DNA from: Octopus vulgaris
Taxonomy: Eukaryota
Length of the DNA stretch: 64,000 nucleotides
Assembly (NCBI GenBank): GCA_951406725.2
Contig: OX597818.1
Span: forward strand, 115,568,001 to 115,632,000
Direction of reading: 5' to 3'
The notes under the pieces: model-generated
Told to the model about the DNA's origin: nothing
Database searches by the model: none
What the model saw: only the letters and a program-made list of their open reading frames with translations
Translations under genes and position numbers: made by a program
Shown here: positions 63,295-64,000 of the stretch, one piece after another
Layout: each line of letters starts with the position of its first letter
How positions within the stretch are numbered: position 1 is the stretch's first letter

Positions 63295-63852
63295 ATCATC
63301 ATTGTTTAACGTCTGTTTTCCATGCTGGCATGGGTTGGATGGTTTGACTGGGAACCGGCAAGTCAGGAAGCCACACAAGGCTCCAATCTGATCTGGCAAT
63401 GTTTCTACAGCTGGATGCCCTTCCTAACGCCAACCACTCCGAGAGTGTAGTGAGTGCTTTTTATATGCCACCGGCACAGGACCAGTCAGGCAGCACTGGC
63501 ATTGGCCACATTCGGATTGTACCTTTTATGTGCCACCAGCACGGTGAGCCAGTCAGGCGGCACTGGCAACAAACCACACAAGAATGGTGCCATGCAAAAA
63601 CAAAAAATACAACAGATGGAGTTTCCATCGATCAGAAAATCAGAATAGAGAACCCAGTAGAACTATTGGACTCAGTTTGTCCTCAGCAGTTAGAGCCCAT
63701 GTTTCACTGCCATGTAGCATGGCTGTTCATTCACATGCGTCATACAGTCTACCTTTTATTCTGAGCGTGAGGCCCTTTGTCACCAGCAGAGGTAGGAGCT
63801 CTCTGAACTTCGCCCAGGCTATTCTTATTCTGGCAGCTACACTTTCAGAGCT
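63295..63852 (-). mobile_element. RTE LINE: ORF fragment (~63670-63852) followed by family C 3' UTR (~63295-63570)
   Basis: SSESVAARIRIAWAKFRELLPLLVTKGLTLRIKGRLYDACE*TAMLHGSETWA is typical RTE post-RT sequence. The family C body and (GAT)n tail lie downstream on the same strand. Confidence 0.8.
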
Positions 63853-63869
63853 ATACACACACACACACC

Positions 63870-63917
<48 letters not shown>

Positions 63918-64000
63918 AACAAACTGGAGGAAAGAACTCCTTCAAATTCACTGGTATACCATATAAATATTGCTATAATTCAATAATGAAGATAAATTAA

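Overview
AT-rich, repeat-saturated animal genomic DNA. The SINE repertoire and the abundant (TA)n/(TG)n/(GAT)n tracts look like an octopus (coleoid cephalopod) genome; this is inference from pattern recognition, not a database match. Only one host coding exon is recognisable: the ATG-containing exon of WDFY3/Alfy/blue cheese on the minus strand (CDS 11529-11726, canonical splice sites). The rest of the window is therefore probably WDFY3 intron or upstream DNA. It holds several tRNA-derived SINE families, RTE/CR1/R4 LINE fragments, a Gypsy integrase remnant, TTAA (piggyBac-like), mariner, Tigger and hAT MITEs, and a canonical non-autonomous Helitron. The other long ORFs in the track are microsatellite or repeat read-throughs. 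The most interesting signal is a ~270-bp repeat found at 5 loci. It joins a tRNA-like Pol III head to a minimal Penelope-type hammerhead ribozyme and sits as inverted pairs at 3 of the 5 loci. One copy carries about 20 strand-coherent A-to-G changes that resemble ADAR hyper-editing fixed in DNA. Two further hammerhead-like motifs occur, one with a G3-C8 core swap. All alignments were done by eye and repeat boundaries are approximate.
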